From positions 2,922 through 66,921 of the forward strand of contig JANQRB010000176.1 of NCBI GenBank assembly GCA_028284775.1: DNA of 64,000 nucleotides, read 5' to 3'. The notes beneath the pieces are model-generated. The model saw only the letters and a program-made list of their open reading frames with translations, did not search any database and was not told the origin of the DNA. Below are positions 1 through 8,722 of the stretch, one piece after another. The stretch's first letter is position 1, and every line of letters begins with the position of its first letter. The position numbers were made by a program, and so were the translations under genes. The stretch comes from Candidatus Kapaibacterium sp. (lineage in GTDB: Bacteria > Bacteroidota > Ignavibacteria > Kapaibacteriales > UBA7675).

Positions 1-362
1 TGGAACGACTGCGCAACGAGGCTGATGTACAAACGGGCATCATTACAGGCGAGACATCCGGCTCGGTCGTCAAACGCGCCGAAAAGCTGCGAATTAGCGA
101 GCTGCATCTCGGAATCAAAGACAAGATGGCGGTTTTCAGAGATATCATCCAACGTCACGGTCTGAAAGCCGAGGAAGTAGCCTATATCGGCGATGACGTC
201 AATGACCTGGATGTACTGAACGTCGCGGGCCTCTCGGCCTGTCCGAATGACGCGATATCATTCGTTCGCAACAGTGTTCATTATGTCTGTCGCGAGCGTG
301 GGGGCAACGGCGCTTTTCGCGAGCTTGCGGAGCTTATTATCGATGCCAGAAGAGAAGAATAG
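1..362 (+). CDS. HAD-superfamily phosphatase, KdsC family (3-deoxy-manno-octulosonate-8-P / nonulosonate-9-P phosphatase-like); 5'-truncated by window edge
   Basis: The reading frame is open from nt 3. The translation is ...ITGETSGSVVKRAEKLRISELHLGIKDKMAVFRDIIQRHGLKAEEVAYIGDDVNDLDVLNVAGLSACPNDA... This matches the KdsC/YrbI-type HAD motif III (GDDxNDL) and conserved tail. The stop is at 360-362. Confidence 0.75.
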   Translation, partial: ERLRNEADVQTGIITGETSGSVVKRAEKLRISELHLGIKDKMAVFRDIIQRHGLKAEEVAYIGDDVNDLDVLNVAGLSACPNDAISFVRNSVHYVCRERGGNGAFRELAELIIDARREE

Positions 363-425
363 CAATAGATTGAAAATTTTGAATGTCTCTCCCGGGCTTT
401 CAACGAACAAACCATCGAGTTTCAC

Positions 426-1331
426 TTGCTGGAGTATCAGTTAATGTTCACGAAAAAATCGAACGACATCAATGTAGGTGAGAGAATTGTCGGCGAAGGG
501 CATCCGGTCTTTATCATCGGTGAAATAGGGATTAACCATAATGGCTCGATGGAAACCGCTAAGAAGATGATCGACGGCGCTCTCTTCGCGGGTTGCGACG
601 CGGTGAAGTTCCAGAAACGGACGCCGGAAATCTGCGTGCCGCGCAGCCAGTGGGAAATCGAGCGCGACACTCCCTGGGGTCGCATGACCTACATCGAATA
701 CAAGCATCGGATCGAATTTGACGCCGATCAATACGCGGAAATTGCCCGCTACTGTAAAGAACGCGGTATTGCATGGAGCGCCTCCTGTTGGGATGAAGAG
801 GCAGTCGATTTCATTGAGCGCTTCGAGCCGCCATTTTACAAGGCGGCATCGGCAAGCCTGACGGACCATAACCTGCTGCGTAAAATGAAGGATACCGGCC
901 GCCCGCTGATGATATCGACCGGTATGTCGACAAGCGAAGAAATCGACAGCGCCGTGGAACTGCTGGGACGCGACAATCTGATGATCGCTCATTCAACTTC
1001 GGCCTACCCCTGCGGTCCCGAAGAGCTTAACCTGCGGATGATCGACACGCTGCGCGAGCAATACTCGCCCGCGCCGATCGGATACTCGGGTCACGAGACA
1101 GGACTGGCGCCGACCTATGCGGCCGTCGCGCTCGGCGCTACTTTTGTGGAGCGTCATATTACGCTCGACCGCGCCATGTGGGGCACCGACCAGGCCGCAT
1201 CCGTGGAAATAATGGGTCTGCATCAACTGGTCCGCAATATTCGCGACATTGAAAAGTCATTGGGTGATGGTGTCAAACGAGTGTACGATAGCGAACTAGG
1301 AGCACGCAAGAAACTACGCCGCGTTCAATAA
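426..1331 (+). CDS. neuB: N-acetylneuraminate synthase family enzyme (NeuB/SpsE-like; possibly Kdn-9-P or Neu5Ac-9-P synthase)
   Basis: The 301-aa ORF contains the NeuB-family core (HPVFIIGEIGINHNGS...AKKMIDGALFAGCDAVKFQK...YSGHETG...ERHITLD). The true start is possibly ATG 444 (MFTKK), which has GGAG about 10 nt upstream. The gene lies 60 nt downstream of the KdsC-like phosphatase gene. Confidence 0.85.
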   Translation: MLEYQLMFTKKSNDINVGERIVGEGHPVFIIGEIGINHNGSMETAKKMIDGALFAGCDAVKFQKRTPEICVPRSQWEIERDTPWGRMTYIEYKHRIEFDADQYAEIARYCKERGIAWSASCWDEEAVDFIERFEPPFYKAASASLTDHNLLRKMKDTGRPLMISTGMSTSEEIDSAVELLGRDNLMIAHSTSAYPCGPEELNLRMIDTLREQYSPAPIGYSGHETGLAPTYAAVALGATFVERHITLDRAMWGTDQAASVEIMGLHQLVRNIRDIEKSLGDGVKRVYDSELGARKKLRRVQ

Positions 1332-1349
1332 CTACAGGTTCTTGCCGCT

Positions 1350-2264
1350 ATGAGTGACACAGCGATAATTGCAGCCGCCTCGATCATCGGGGCGGCCGTC
1401 TTTTTTATTAGTCTCGAACGGTTCTTCCCCTACAACAAGGGCCAGAAATTTTTTCGCCCTGGCTTCTGGACCGACCTGTTTTTTTACACGATCTTTCAGA
1501 GTAAGATACTGGACATCATCATATTCACCGGTATCATTGCCTGGATCGATTCCTCTACCTCGCTCTCCCGCCTGCAGATCGTAACGGATTGGCCGATCTG
1601 GCTGCAGCTTGTATTCTTTACGCTTAGCCACGATCTGTACATTTACTGGTTTCATCGCTGGCAACATAAAAACCGCATCCTGTGGCGCTCGCACGAGGCG
1701 CATCATTCGCCGGAAGATGTCGACTGGCTGGCGGGCTCCCGTTCGCATCCGCTCGAGATCCTGATCAATCAGACCGTGGAGTTCGCTCCGATCGTCTTGC
1801 TTGGCGCGCCCCCCGAGATGATCCTCTACAAAGGAATGGTCAGCGCAATCTGGGGAATGTGGATCCATTCAAATATTAACGTGAATACCGGCCGCCTGCA
1901 GCTCGTTATCAATGGTCCCGAGATGCACCGCTGGCATCACGCGGATCAACCGGCCGAAGCGCTCGACAAAAACTTCAGCACCAAGCTGGCCGTCTGGGAC
2001 TGGCTATTCGGCACGGCCTACCTTCCGCCGGCCAAAGCCGAAAAATACGGCCTCGTCAACTCACGCATGCCGATGCAGCAACCGGGTCCCTATCAATGGC
2101 TGCTGATTCTGGTCGGCTGGGAATGGTTGAAACAAATCGCTTTTGCCTTTCGGCCCTTCGGCACGCAGCCTCCGGCAGCGACAACAACAGCGGATAAAGA
2201 AAGCGATACGACAAACGCAACCGGCGAATCACAGACGCAGGCGGAATTGCTGAACCAATCCTGA
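1350..2264 (+). CDS. Fatty acid hydroxylase / sterol desaturase superfamily integral membrane protein
   Basis: The protein has hydrophobic N-terminal helices. It carries histidine-box motifs (HRWQH, HEAHH, HRWHH) in the order and spacing typical of the di-iron membrane hydroxylase/desaturase family. Confidence 0.75.
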   Translation: MSDTAIIAAASIIGAAVFFISLERFFPYNKGQKFFRPGFWTDLFFYTIFQSKILDIIIFTGIIAWIDSSTSLSRLQIVTDWPIWLQLVFFTLSHDLYIYWFHRWQHKNRILWRSHEAHHSPEDVDWLAGSRSHPLEILINQTVEFAPIVLLGAPPEMILYKGMVSAIWGMWIHSNINVNTGRLQLVINGPEMHRWHHADQPAEALDKNFSTKLAVWDWLFGTAYLPPAKAEKYGLVNSRMPMQQPGPYQWLLILVGWEWLKQIAFAFRPFGTQPPAATTTADKESDTTNATGESQTQAELLNQS

Positions 2265-2585
2265 TTCACGTAGGCATTCCCGATTCAAGCTTACACTGGC
2301 TTTTCGATTCAGGCAGCGGTTCGAACTGGTAGAGGTGGCAGAATATGTGATGCCTACATCAGGCGCACCCGGCAACCCGAAGATCCGTGGCGGAGCTCCC
2401 TTCAATTCAATCATTGCTTAGTACATGTGAAGACACAAAAACGACAAATCGGGCTATTGCGCCGGGCTTGCGAGCGCGCTGCACGGATTGGACGGTTCGT
2501 GCCGGGAAGCATTTCCCGCTCGCAAATTCCGGTCAGCAGCCCGACCTGTACGATTTGCCCGATCGGCAGCATTTGATTCTACGCG

Positions 2586-3083
2586 TCAATCCGCTATGCG
2601 CCGAAAGGCGTAGTCGACCCGCCGCACACTGCCGTCCTCCGCGTCGCCTTCGATTCGCGCATTCAAAATGCCGGCATCTGCAGACTTTTCATAAATGATG
2701 CGCTGCGGAAAGTCATGGTCGGGGTTGGCGAAGACAAAGCTGTCATCCTTCGACGCTTGGAAGGCAAAATGCACCGCTTCCTCGTTGTGAGCTACATTGG
2801 CGATGTAAGTGACGACATCTTTCTCGACGACGATAGCCACCTGTTCGGTAAGCAGTGTATCGCCGTCGGCGCGTACGATATAGCCGCGGCCGTCCATTCG
2901 GTCCGGAGCGGTCAGACGCCACTCTTCGTACAGTCGTTGTCCCCGAAATTCGGCCTGCCAGCTGCCCAACAAAAAACTAAAGGGCGCGAGGCGAGGATGG
3001 ATTTGTTCCGCATCGCGTCCGGGCACATCGCTGAAAATAGTGCCGGCAAGACAAAACGCTACTATCAATGCCGTGAAAACCAT
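2586..3083 (-). CDS. Hypothetical secreted protein (signal peptide; lipocalin/DUF-like fold suspected)
   Basis: The 165-aa ORF starts with a hydrophobic signal-like sequence (MVFTALIVAFCLAGTIFS). It has a conserved-looking FSFLLGSWQ...HDFPQRIIY region. I can assign no catalytic motif. Confidence 0.5.
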   Translation of the reverse strand: MVFTALIVAFCLAGTIFSDVPGRDAEQIHPRLAPFSFLLGSWQAEFRGQRLYEEWRLTAPDRMDGRGYIVRADGDTLLTEQVAIVVEKDVVTYIANVAHNEEAVHFAFQASKDDSFVFANPDHDFPQRIIYEKSADAGILNARIEGDAEDGSVRRVDYAFRRIAD

Positions 3084-3148
3084 TGAGCATTCCTTCGCTA
3101 TGAGATTGCAGATCGCAATTGCAAAGCGTCGAAAATAATCTGCCGCAA

Positions 3149-3994
3149 TCAGAGAAAATTGTAAAATTCCGACAAACGGTTGTGGAGCAGAAACACGTCG
3201 GTCAATTCGTGTCGGTCGGCCAGGAAGGCCTTGGGATTGATGCCGGTAAATGCCTTGAATTCCTTGATAAAATGCGCCTGATCATAGAAACCGCATTCCA
3301 GCGCAATGCCGGTCAGCGCGCGTGGGCTGCCCTGACGCATTGCCTGCATCAATACCTGAAAACGGGTAATCCGCGCAAAGGCTTTCGGATTGATGCCTAC
3401 CTGTTCGCGAAACTTGCGTTCCAACTGGCGTTCGGAGACGGCCAACCTGGCAGCTAGGGCATCGATGCCCTCACGGCCTTGCCGCTGTCGCAAGCTCGCC
3501 ACCGCCCTCCCGATCAGCGGCTCAGGAGGCCCTCCGGCCTTTGCCCGTCGCAGCAGCAGCTGTTCTAAGAGATGAATACGCTCGGCCGTCGTCGACAACG
3601 CGGGAAGTTGATCGCGGGCGGCCCGATAGAGATCGGCCGCGCAAAGATCCAGGGAGGTTGTTGCCTGGCAATTGAATTCCTGCAGCGAATGCCCGAAGAG
3701 AGGCCAGGCGCCGCCGGGTTTGAATCTGAGGCCAAGGATGTCGACCGCCCCCGTCGCTGCGATGCGCTTGGATTGCGAGAGCTCGCCCACGAAGAAATGC
3801 TGCGGCTGCAACACACTGCCTTCCGACCGGAATTCGCGAAACCGGTCGCCAAAATTAAGTACCAGCTCCAGGGTGCCGTCGGGCAAGAGAGTTTCCGGCG
3901 GCGGCGGCTCGGGCGGAGGCCCGGCCCGCAGCGTCCAGAAACATTCCAGGTAGGACGCCAGCAGGGGCGTCGGTAGATACTCGCGGTAATCCAT
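3149..3994 (-). CDS. AraC-family transcriptional regulator
   Basis: The C-terminus has a double helix-turn-helix with the AraC signature (IALECGFYDQAHFIKEFKAFTGINPKAF). An N-terminal effector domain is present. Confidence 0.8.
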   Translation of the reverse strand: MDYREYLPTPLLASYLECFWTLRAGPPPEPPPPETLLPDGTLELVLNFGDRFREFRSEGSVLQPQHFFVGELSQSKRIAATGAVDILGLRFKPGGAWPLFGHSLQEFNCQATTSLDLCAADLYRAARDQLPALSTTAERIHLLEQLLLRRAKAGGPPEPLIGRAVASLRQRQGREGIDALAARLAVSERQLERKFREQVGINPKAFARITRFQVLMQAMRQGSPRALTGIALECGFYDQAHFIKEFKAFTGINPKAFLADRHELTDVFLLHNRLSEFYNFL

Positions 3995-4114
3995 ATTCCT
4001 GATGTACTAGAGTCCGGACCCGACCGATCGAAAAGGCTGCCAGCGCGATGAGCCGGCCTGGAAGGCTCCTGCGCGGAGACAGATAGGGACCGAAGCCATT
4101 GTGAGCGGCTGCCT

Positions 4115-4828
4115 TCAGTCGGCGCTCTCGCATTCAGCGCAAAAGCGCTGCATCGACGCCGTCAGCGCGGCCGGCGCTGATTCGGCCACTTCATGGCTGG
4201 AGTCCGGCAGTACTTCGATCCGGATTCCTTCAATCACCCGCCGGTAGAAATCGATTTCTCCTTCGCGGAGTAAAGCCTCGGACTCGGCGGCCAGCACCAG
4301 AAGTCGTCCCTTGAAGTCGCGGAGCTGCGGGACCAGCAGCTCCTGATTGCTTTCGGCCTGCAGGGCTGTAACTACCCTGCTTCGTTCTTCGGCATCGTCT
4401 TCTTCCGCCAGCCGCGCCAGGATGTCGTCGCGCCACCGCGGCGGAAACTGGGGATAAACCGGGGGATAGTCGATCAGCAGCAGACCGCGAACCAGCTCGC
4501 CTCGCTCGTGAGCCGCCCAGACAGCAAAAGCGACGCCCACCGAATGCGCAACGAGAACGCAGGGCCGATTATAGTGGTCGATCACTGCCAATACATCGCT
4601 CCCCTGCTGCGTAAAGGAATAAGAACCCGCCGCCGGCGCCTGGCTACGTCCCCGTCCCCGCAGACTTAGCGCAAGGCGCGGTCCCTGCATCTGTTCGAGC
4701 ACTTCCAGATACGAATCGGCGTCGCCCAGCATTCCGGGCACGACAATACACAATACTCCCTCTTTATCAAGATCGCCGGATAAAACGTGAATGCGAACTC
4801 CATCATTCTCTAGCCATTGAGATTGCAC
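4115..4828 (-). CDS. Alpha/beta-fold hydrolase
   Basis: The protein has the nucleophile elbow VAHSVG (GxSxG-like). A second, catalytic-looking motif (DSSHE) follows. The overall length and organisation fit small alpha/beta hydrolases. Confidence 0.65.
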   Translation of the reverse strand: MQSQWLENDGVRIHVLSGDLDKEGVLCIVVPGMLGDADSYLEVLEQMQGPRLALSLRGRGRSQAPAAGSYSFTQQGSDVLAVIDHYNRPCVLVAHSVGVAFAVWAAHERGELVRGLLLIDYPPVYPQFPPRWRDDILARLAEEDDAEERSRVVTALQAESNQELLVPQLRDFKGRLLVLAAESEALLREGEIDFYRRVIEGIRIEVLPDSSHEVAESAPAALTASMQRFCAECESAD

Positions 4829-7226
4829 TATTCAGACCCTCTTGATTAGAGCTGTGCAGCGGGGCTGCAAGCGTATGATACTTGTTTAATGCGGGAGCAT
4901 CGAGCAGGGCGCGCCGACCGTCCAGCCAGGTAACGACTAGCGAATCCACGCTACCGTGGCTGCCAAGACCGAAGTGCCGGATGAGCGGATGCTGCGCCGC
5001 GAAGGAGTCGCCATTAACGATCATCGCAGTCTGGAGCCGGCCCGTTGCGTAGAGCTTGAGGCGAGCTCCGATCGATGAGCCTCCGGCCCCCGTCTTCAGT
5101 CGCAGGCCGATCCAGTTGTTCGACGTGGACAGTGTATTGCGCAGCAAATGCAGCTTGTCGGCTCCATTGTTGCTGAGACTCAGGACGATCAGGTCCATTC
5201 GTCCGTCACCGTCGAGATCGTCACTGACCACCGAGCGGCTGTCTGCTTCGATTGCAGTTCCCATCAGGAAGCTGACATTGACGAAGCTGCGGCCGTCGCA
5301 ATTGAGGAAGAGGTGATTTTTCTCGAAAGGATTCCAGGAGATTCCTTCACGACGACGGGTCTTGATAATATTCCTGTAGATGTGCTTCATCACCGGCTGC
5401 TCGTTCGAATTGCTGCGATAAATGTCATCACGCCAGAAATGCGTGCAGTAATCGCGAGCGCTTTCTTTGCTGTCATGGCCGTTCGCGACATAAATATCGA
5501 GGTCGCCGTCATTGTCGAAGTCGAAGGAAGTGCTGCCCCAGGACCAGCCGGTGCGGGCAAGATCGTCCCTGAAAGGCGGCTCGGCATAGCGGCCGTCAGC
5601 CGTGGCGACGAGTATGCGATTGCCGAAGGCCATTACGGATCGCAATCGATTGTGTGCATCGTAGGCCGGCATGATGGCCTGCATGTTGTCGAGCCTGCGC
5701 GCCGTTGTTGAACTCATTCCAAGGATAAACATATCGATGGCGCCGTCCAGGTTATAGTCGCCGAAGGTGTGTGACATTCCAAAGGCTTTATTCTCAGCCA
5801 CGACCGTCGCTGTCTGATCGCGAAAGCGGCCCTTGCCGTCGTTGTAATAAACATCCAGGCCCGCAAAATCACTAACGACAACGAGATCCAGGTCCCGGTC
5901 TTCGTCGAGATCGACTAATGAGGAGCTATAGGTGCGACGATATCGTTTCGTGTCCAGGCCGGCTTCGGCGGTGGCATCGACAAAGAGCCGCCCCCTTTGC
6001 TTGTTTAACAGCAGAAAGGATGGATAACCGTCGTTCGCTTCGTAGTAGGGAGTCGGCATCTGACCGCCTTCATAGGGCGGCTTGTACTGGCTCAACCACA
6101 AATCCGGCGCCCCGTCGGAATTGACGTCGCCGGCGGTCAGGCCGCTGGGGTTAACGAGCCGGTCGTGCAGAAACAGAATCCGCGGGTTGGAATTGAAGTG
6201 TCCCGTCGCGTCAATCGAATAGGCGACAACGAGCGACTGCGTACCCTTGCCCGCCTGGGGCATGCGTGCTTTGTCGAGATGACCGGCACAGATCAGTTCA
6301 GGCAGGCCATCGAGGTTGATATCGGCCAACAAGGCGCTGCTCACCACATCGATCATCGATTTCGACACGCGACTGACTTCGAAGCGGCCGCCAAGATTTT
6401 TGAAATACAGATTAACATTCGGCAACAGAATTTCCGAGAGGCCGTCATCATCGAGGTCATAGACAAGGAGCGGCGCAATGTCCTTCAAATGTTCCAGGCC
6501 GGCTTCTTCCGGTAAAGGCAACGGCTGAAAAGCTACACTGCCGGTCCGCGAATACACTTCCATATCGAAAGGGCGAACCTGTGTCGCCACCAGGTCTGCG
6601 GAAGTTTCAGCGGCACTCCATTCAATTGCCAGCTTGCCGCGTACTATGTCGCGTTGCTTCTTGAGCGCATTAACAATATGCAGCTCCATGGTGAAAATCG
6701 ACTCATAGTTTCCGGCCTGCCCGCGGCGAAAATCCTGGTGATGCCATTCGCCCTGCACGATGCGATAGCCCTCAGCGGCATAGGAATCCAGCAGACGCCG
6801 CCATTCGGCAGTGTTTAAATTGCGATCGCCCTCCGACATTGTCTGCAGCCGAATATTGTGATCCAGCTTCTGAACCGCAGCAGGAAGAAGAGTGGAAATG
6901 TTGCGGAGTGGAAAATTCTTGAGCGCTTCGAATTTGTCACGACGCCCTCGCAGATCGTCCCACATTGCAATAATCGGCGACTCGAACTTTTGCGCCAACA
7001 CTTCCAAGCGCCAAAAGCTTTGATCCAGATCGGCGCGATTGGCGCGGTATTCTTCCAACGACGCGACCGCCTCGACAGATGGCTGCTTTTGTGTGGATAC
7101 TGCAATCCAGACAAAAAGCGCCAGGCTCAATACAATTGCACACAAGAAGATTATACGAACTCTCGTCCAGCCCCGAACGATTCGGCGTGGACTGGGAGTG
7201 GATGTCGTCACCATAGCCCCCGGCAA
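4803..7226 (-). CDS. CRTAC1-family protein: FG-GAP repeat beta-propeller with ASPIC/UnbV C-terminal domain, N-terminal membrane anchor
   Basis: The N-terminus has one TM segment (IIFLCAIVLSLALFVWIAV). FG-GAP-like Ca-binding repeats recur (VNSDGAPDL, DLDEDRDLDLVV, FDNDGDLDIYV, DLDGDGRMDLIV). The C-terminus has an ASPIC/UnbV-like block (HFGLGSHGSVDSLVVTWLDG). Confidence 0.8.
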   Translation of the reverse strand: MPGAMVTTSTPSPRRIVRGWTRVRIIFLCAIVLSLALFVWIAVSTQKQPSVEAVASLEEYRANRADLDQSFWRLEVLAQKFESPIIAMWDDLRGRRDKFEALKNFPLRNISTLLPAAVQKLDHNIRLQTMSEGDRNLNTAEWRRLLDSYAAEGYRIVQGEWHHQDFRRGQAGNYESIFTMELHIVNALKKQRDIVRGKLAIEWSAAETSADLVATQVRPFDMEVYSRTGSVAFQPLPLPEEAGLEHLKDIAPLLVYDLDDDGLSEILLPNVNLYFKNLGGRFEVSRVSKSMIDVVSSALLADINLDGLPELICAGHLDKARMPQAGKGTQSLVVAYSIDATGHFNSNPRILFLHDRLVNPSGLTAGDVNSDGAPDLWLSQYKPPYEGGQMPTPYYEANDGYPSFLLLNKQRGRLFVDATAEAGLDTKRYRRTYSSSLVDLDEDRDLDLVVVSDFAGLDVYYNDGKGRFRDQTATVVAENKAFGMSHTFGDYNLDGAIDMFILGMSSTTARRLDNMQAIMPAYDAHNRLRSVMAFGNRILVATADGRYAEPPFRDDLARTGWSWGSTSFDFDNDGDLDIYVANGHDSKESARDYCTHFWRDDIYRSNSNEQPVMKHIYRNIIKTRRREGISWNPFEKNHLFLNCDGRSFVNVSFLMGTAIEADSRSVVSDDLDGDGRMDLIVLSLSNNGADKLHLLRNTLSTSNNWIGLRLKTGAGGSSIGARLKLYATGRLQTAMIVNGDSFAAQHPLIRHFGLGSHGSVDSLVVTWLDGRRALLDAPALNKYHTLAAPLHSSNQEGLNSAISMARE

Positions 7227-7304
7227 ACAATCTAAGACACGTTTGCCGGAAAGTACGAAATTTCAGCGATTGAAGCCCAAAATGACAGCTGACTGGCCGC
7301 AGAA

Positions 7305-8708
7305 TCACGAAGCGGGGTCGTCCGCCAGAGCGCCGCTCCAGAGTTCAAAAGGCCGACCGCCGCGTTCATCCCCGCGATAGAAGGCCAGGTATGTCATTAC
7401 CTTCCAGCCCAGAAAGGCCGTGGCGTCGTCATGATCGGCGGTACGTTCGTGGACCTGCCGCCAGGTGCCCGTATTAAAATACAATTGGCGCTGCACAGTG
7501 CTGTGATTACCGCTGCGTCTCAGCGCTACCGTCTCGTGGTGATGAGTATGACCGTACACGATGTAGTTCGCCCGTCCGCTGCGAAAGGCCTCTTCGGTCA
7601 TAGCGTGCTCTCGATAGCTTTCTTTACCGGAACCGAATTTGTCGTAGAACCAGGCTGCAACGGAGCTGATGGTACGAATCGAAAAGTGATCGCCGATCTT
7701 GAGCACCAGCTGCAATTTGTCGACATTGTCAAAAGGATTCCAGACCGAGTCGCGCGCGCGAACGAAATCGAGCTTGAGAAAATCGTCTGCGATAGCATTC
7801 CAGGTATCCTTCACCTGGGCCTGCAATATCGTGTCGGTACAGGTATGAACCAGGACATCCTCGATCCAGGTGGGCGCGAGAATCAGGGGTCGCACATTGT
7901 CCAGTTCACGCAGTCCGTTGAGCGTCGCCGCCGGAAGACGCCCTTCGAAATCGCGCCGGACCTGTAGATAGAATTTGTTTAACAGCTCCACGACAACTGC
8001 ATCACCCAGCGAGGAAGCATTGCGATCGCCTTCATAATTCATGCCGTCAAAGATGTCGCCGTGACGCGCCAAGACGCTGTGATCGCGATAGATTTGGGAC
8101 AGGACGGAGCTGGCATCGGGATTATGCGGAAAGGCTTCGTTGGGATTGTTGGCGAGCCCCATGGCATCCACGATTTTCTGCCGGACGGCATTATGGGCGG
8201 CGCCCGGCAGATGATAGAACCAGTCGTGATTGCCCACCATGTAGTGGAGGTGAATCCTGACGGGGACCCTTCCTTCGGCCGCGAGGTCATGACCGACATC
8301 CGCGACCTTTCCGGCGGCGGTTGCCGGAGGAATCGTAACGGCATTTCCCTGTGTGATCTGTTTAAGAATCGCCATCGACTCGCTATTGGCCGCCAGGATA
8401 CGATCGGTGATCGTGCCGACCGTTCGTACGAAGTCCGGCGAGCTGCTGTCATCCCAGGGTTTAACTGTCTCCCAGCCATCGGAGCGGATTACGTCAAGGA
8501 TATCGCCGAGCATCAATACGTGCATTTCCTCCAGCGGGCGATAGCTGCCGTCGCTGCGATGTGATGCGTCGTAGGCCATGTCGCTCAGCCGATACTTAAG
8601 AATATTGAAGGCGCGGCTGCTGATAGTGATGCCGGACACGCTTCGGTCGGTCAGATGCAGATCGCTGAGGATAACCAGCATTGTTGTACTCCTGATATTG
8701 CCTGGCAA
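7305..8708 (-). CDS. Calcineurin-like metallophosphoesterase
   Basis: The N-terminal motif is MLVILSDLHLTD. GDILD, GNHD and VYGHTHHHE motifs occur in canonical order for the MPP superfamily. Confidence 0.75.
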   Translation of the reverse strand: MPGNIRSTTMLVILSDLHLTDRSVSGITISSRAFNILKYRLSDMAYDASHRSDGSYRPLEEMHVLMLGDILDVIRSDGWETVKPWDDSSSPDFVRTVGTITDRILAANSESMAILKQITQGNAVTIPPATAAGKVADVGHDLAAEGRVPVRIHLHYMVGNHDWFYHLPGAAHNAVRQKIVDAMGLANNPNEAFPHNPDASSVLSQIYRDHSVLARHGDIFDGMNYEGDRNASSLGDAVVVELLNKFYLQVRRDFEGRLPAATLNGLRELDNVRPLILAPTWIEDVLVHTCTDTILQAQVKDTWNAIADDFLKLDFVRARDSVWNPFDNVDKLQLVLKIGDHFSIRTISSVAAWFYDKFGSGKESYREHAMTEEAFRSGRANYIVYGHTHHHETVALRRSGNHSTVQRQLYFNTGTWRQVHERTADHDDATAFLGWKVMTYLAFYRGDERGGRPFELWSGALADDPAS

Positions 8709-8722
8709 GATTTGTTTATTGT

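Noticed and set aside
441-1226. Several 61-183-aa minus-strand ORFs
   Set aside because: They are antisense to neuB, which has unambiguous family motifs. They have no independent support.
2265-2585. Possible small RNA, tRNA or riboswitch in the 320-bp gap between convergent genes (contains GGTTCGAAC)
   Set aside because: No cloverleaf can be drawn. There is no acceptor/anticodon/T-arm arrangement. The GGTTCGAA match is isolated. I treat it as an ordinary convergent-terminator region.
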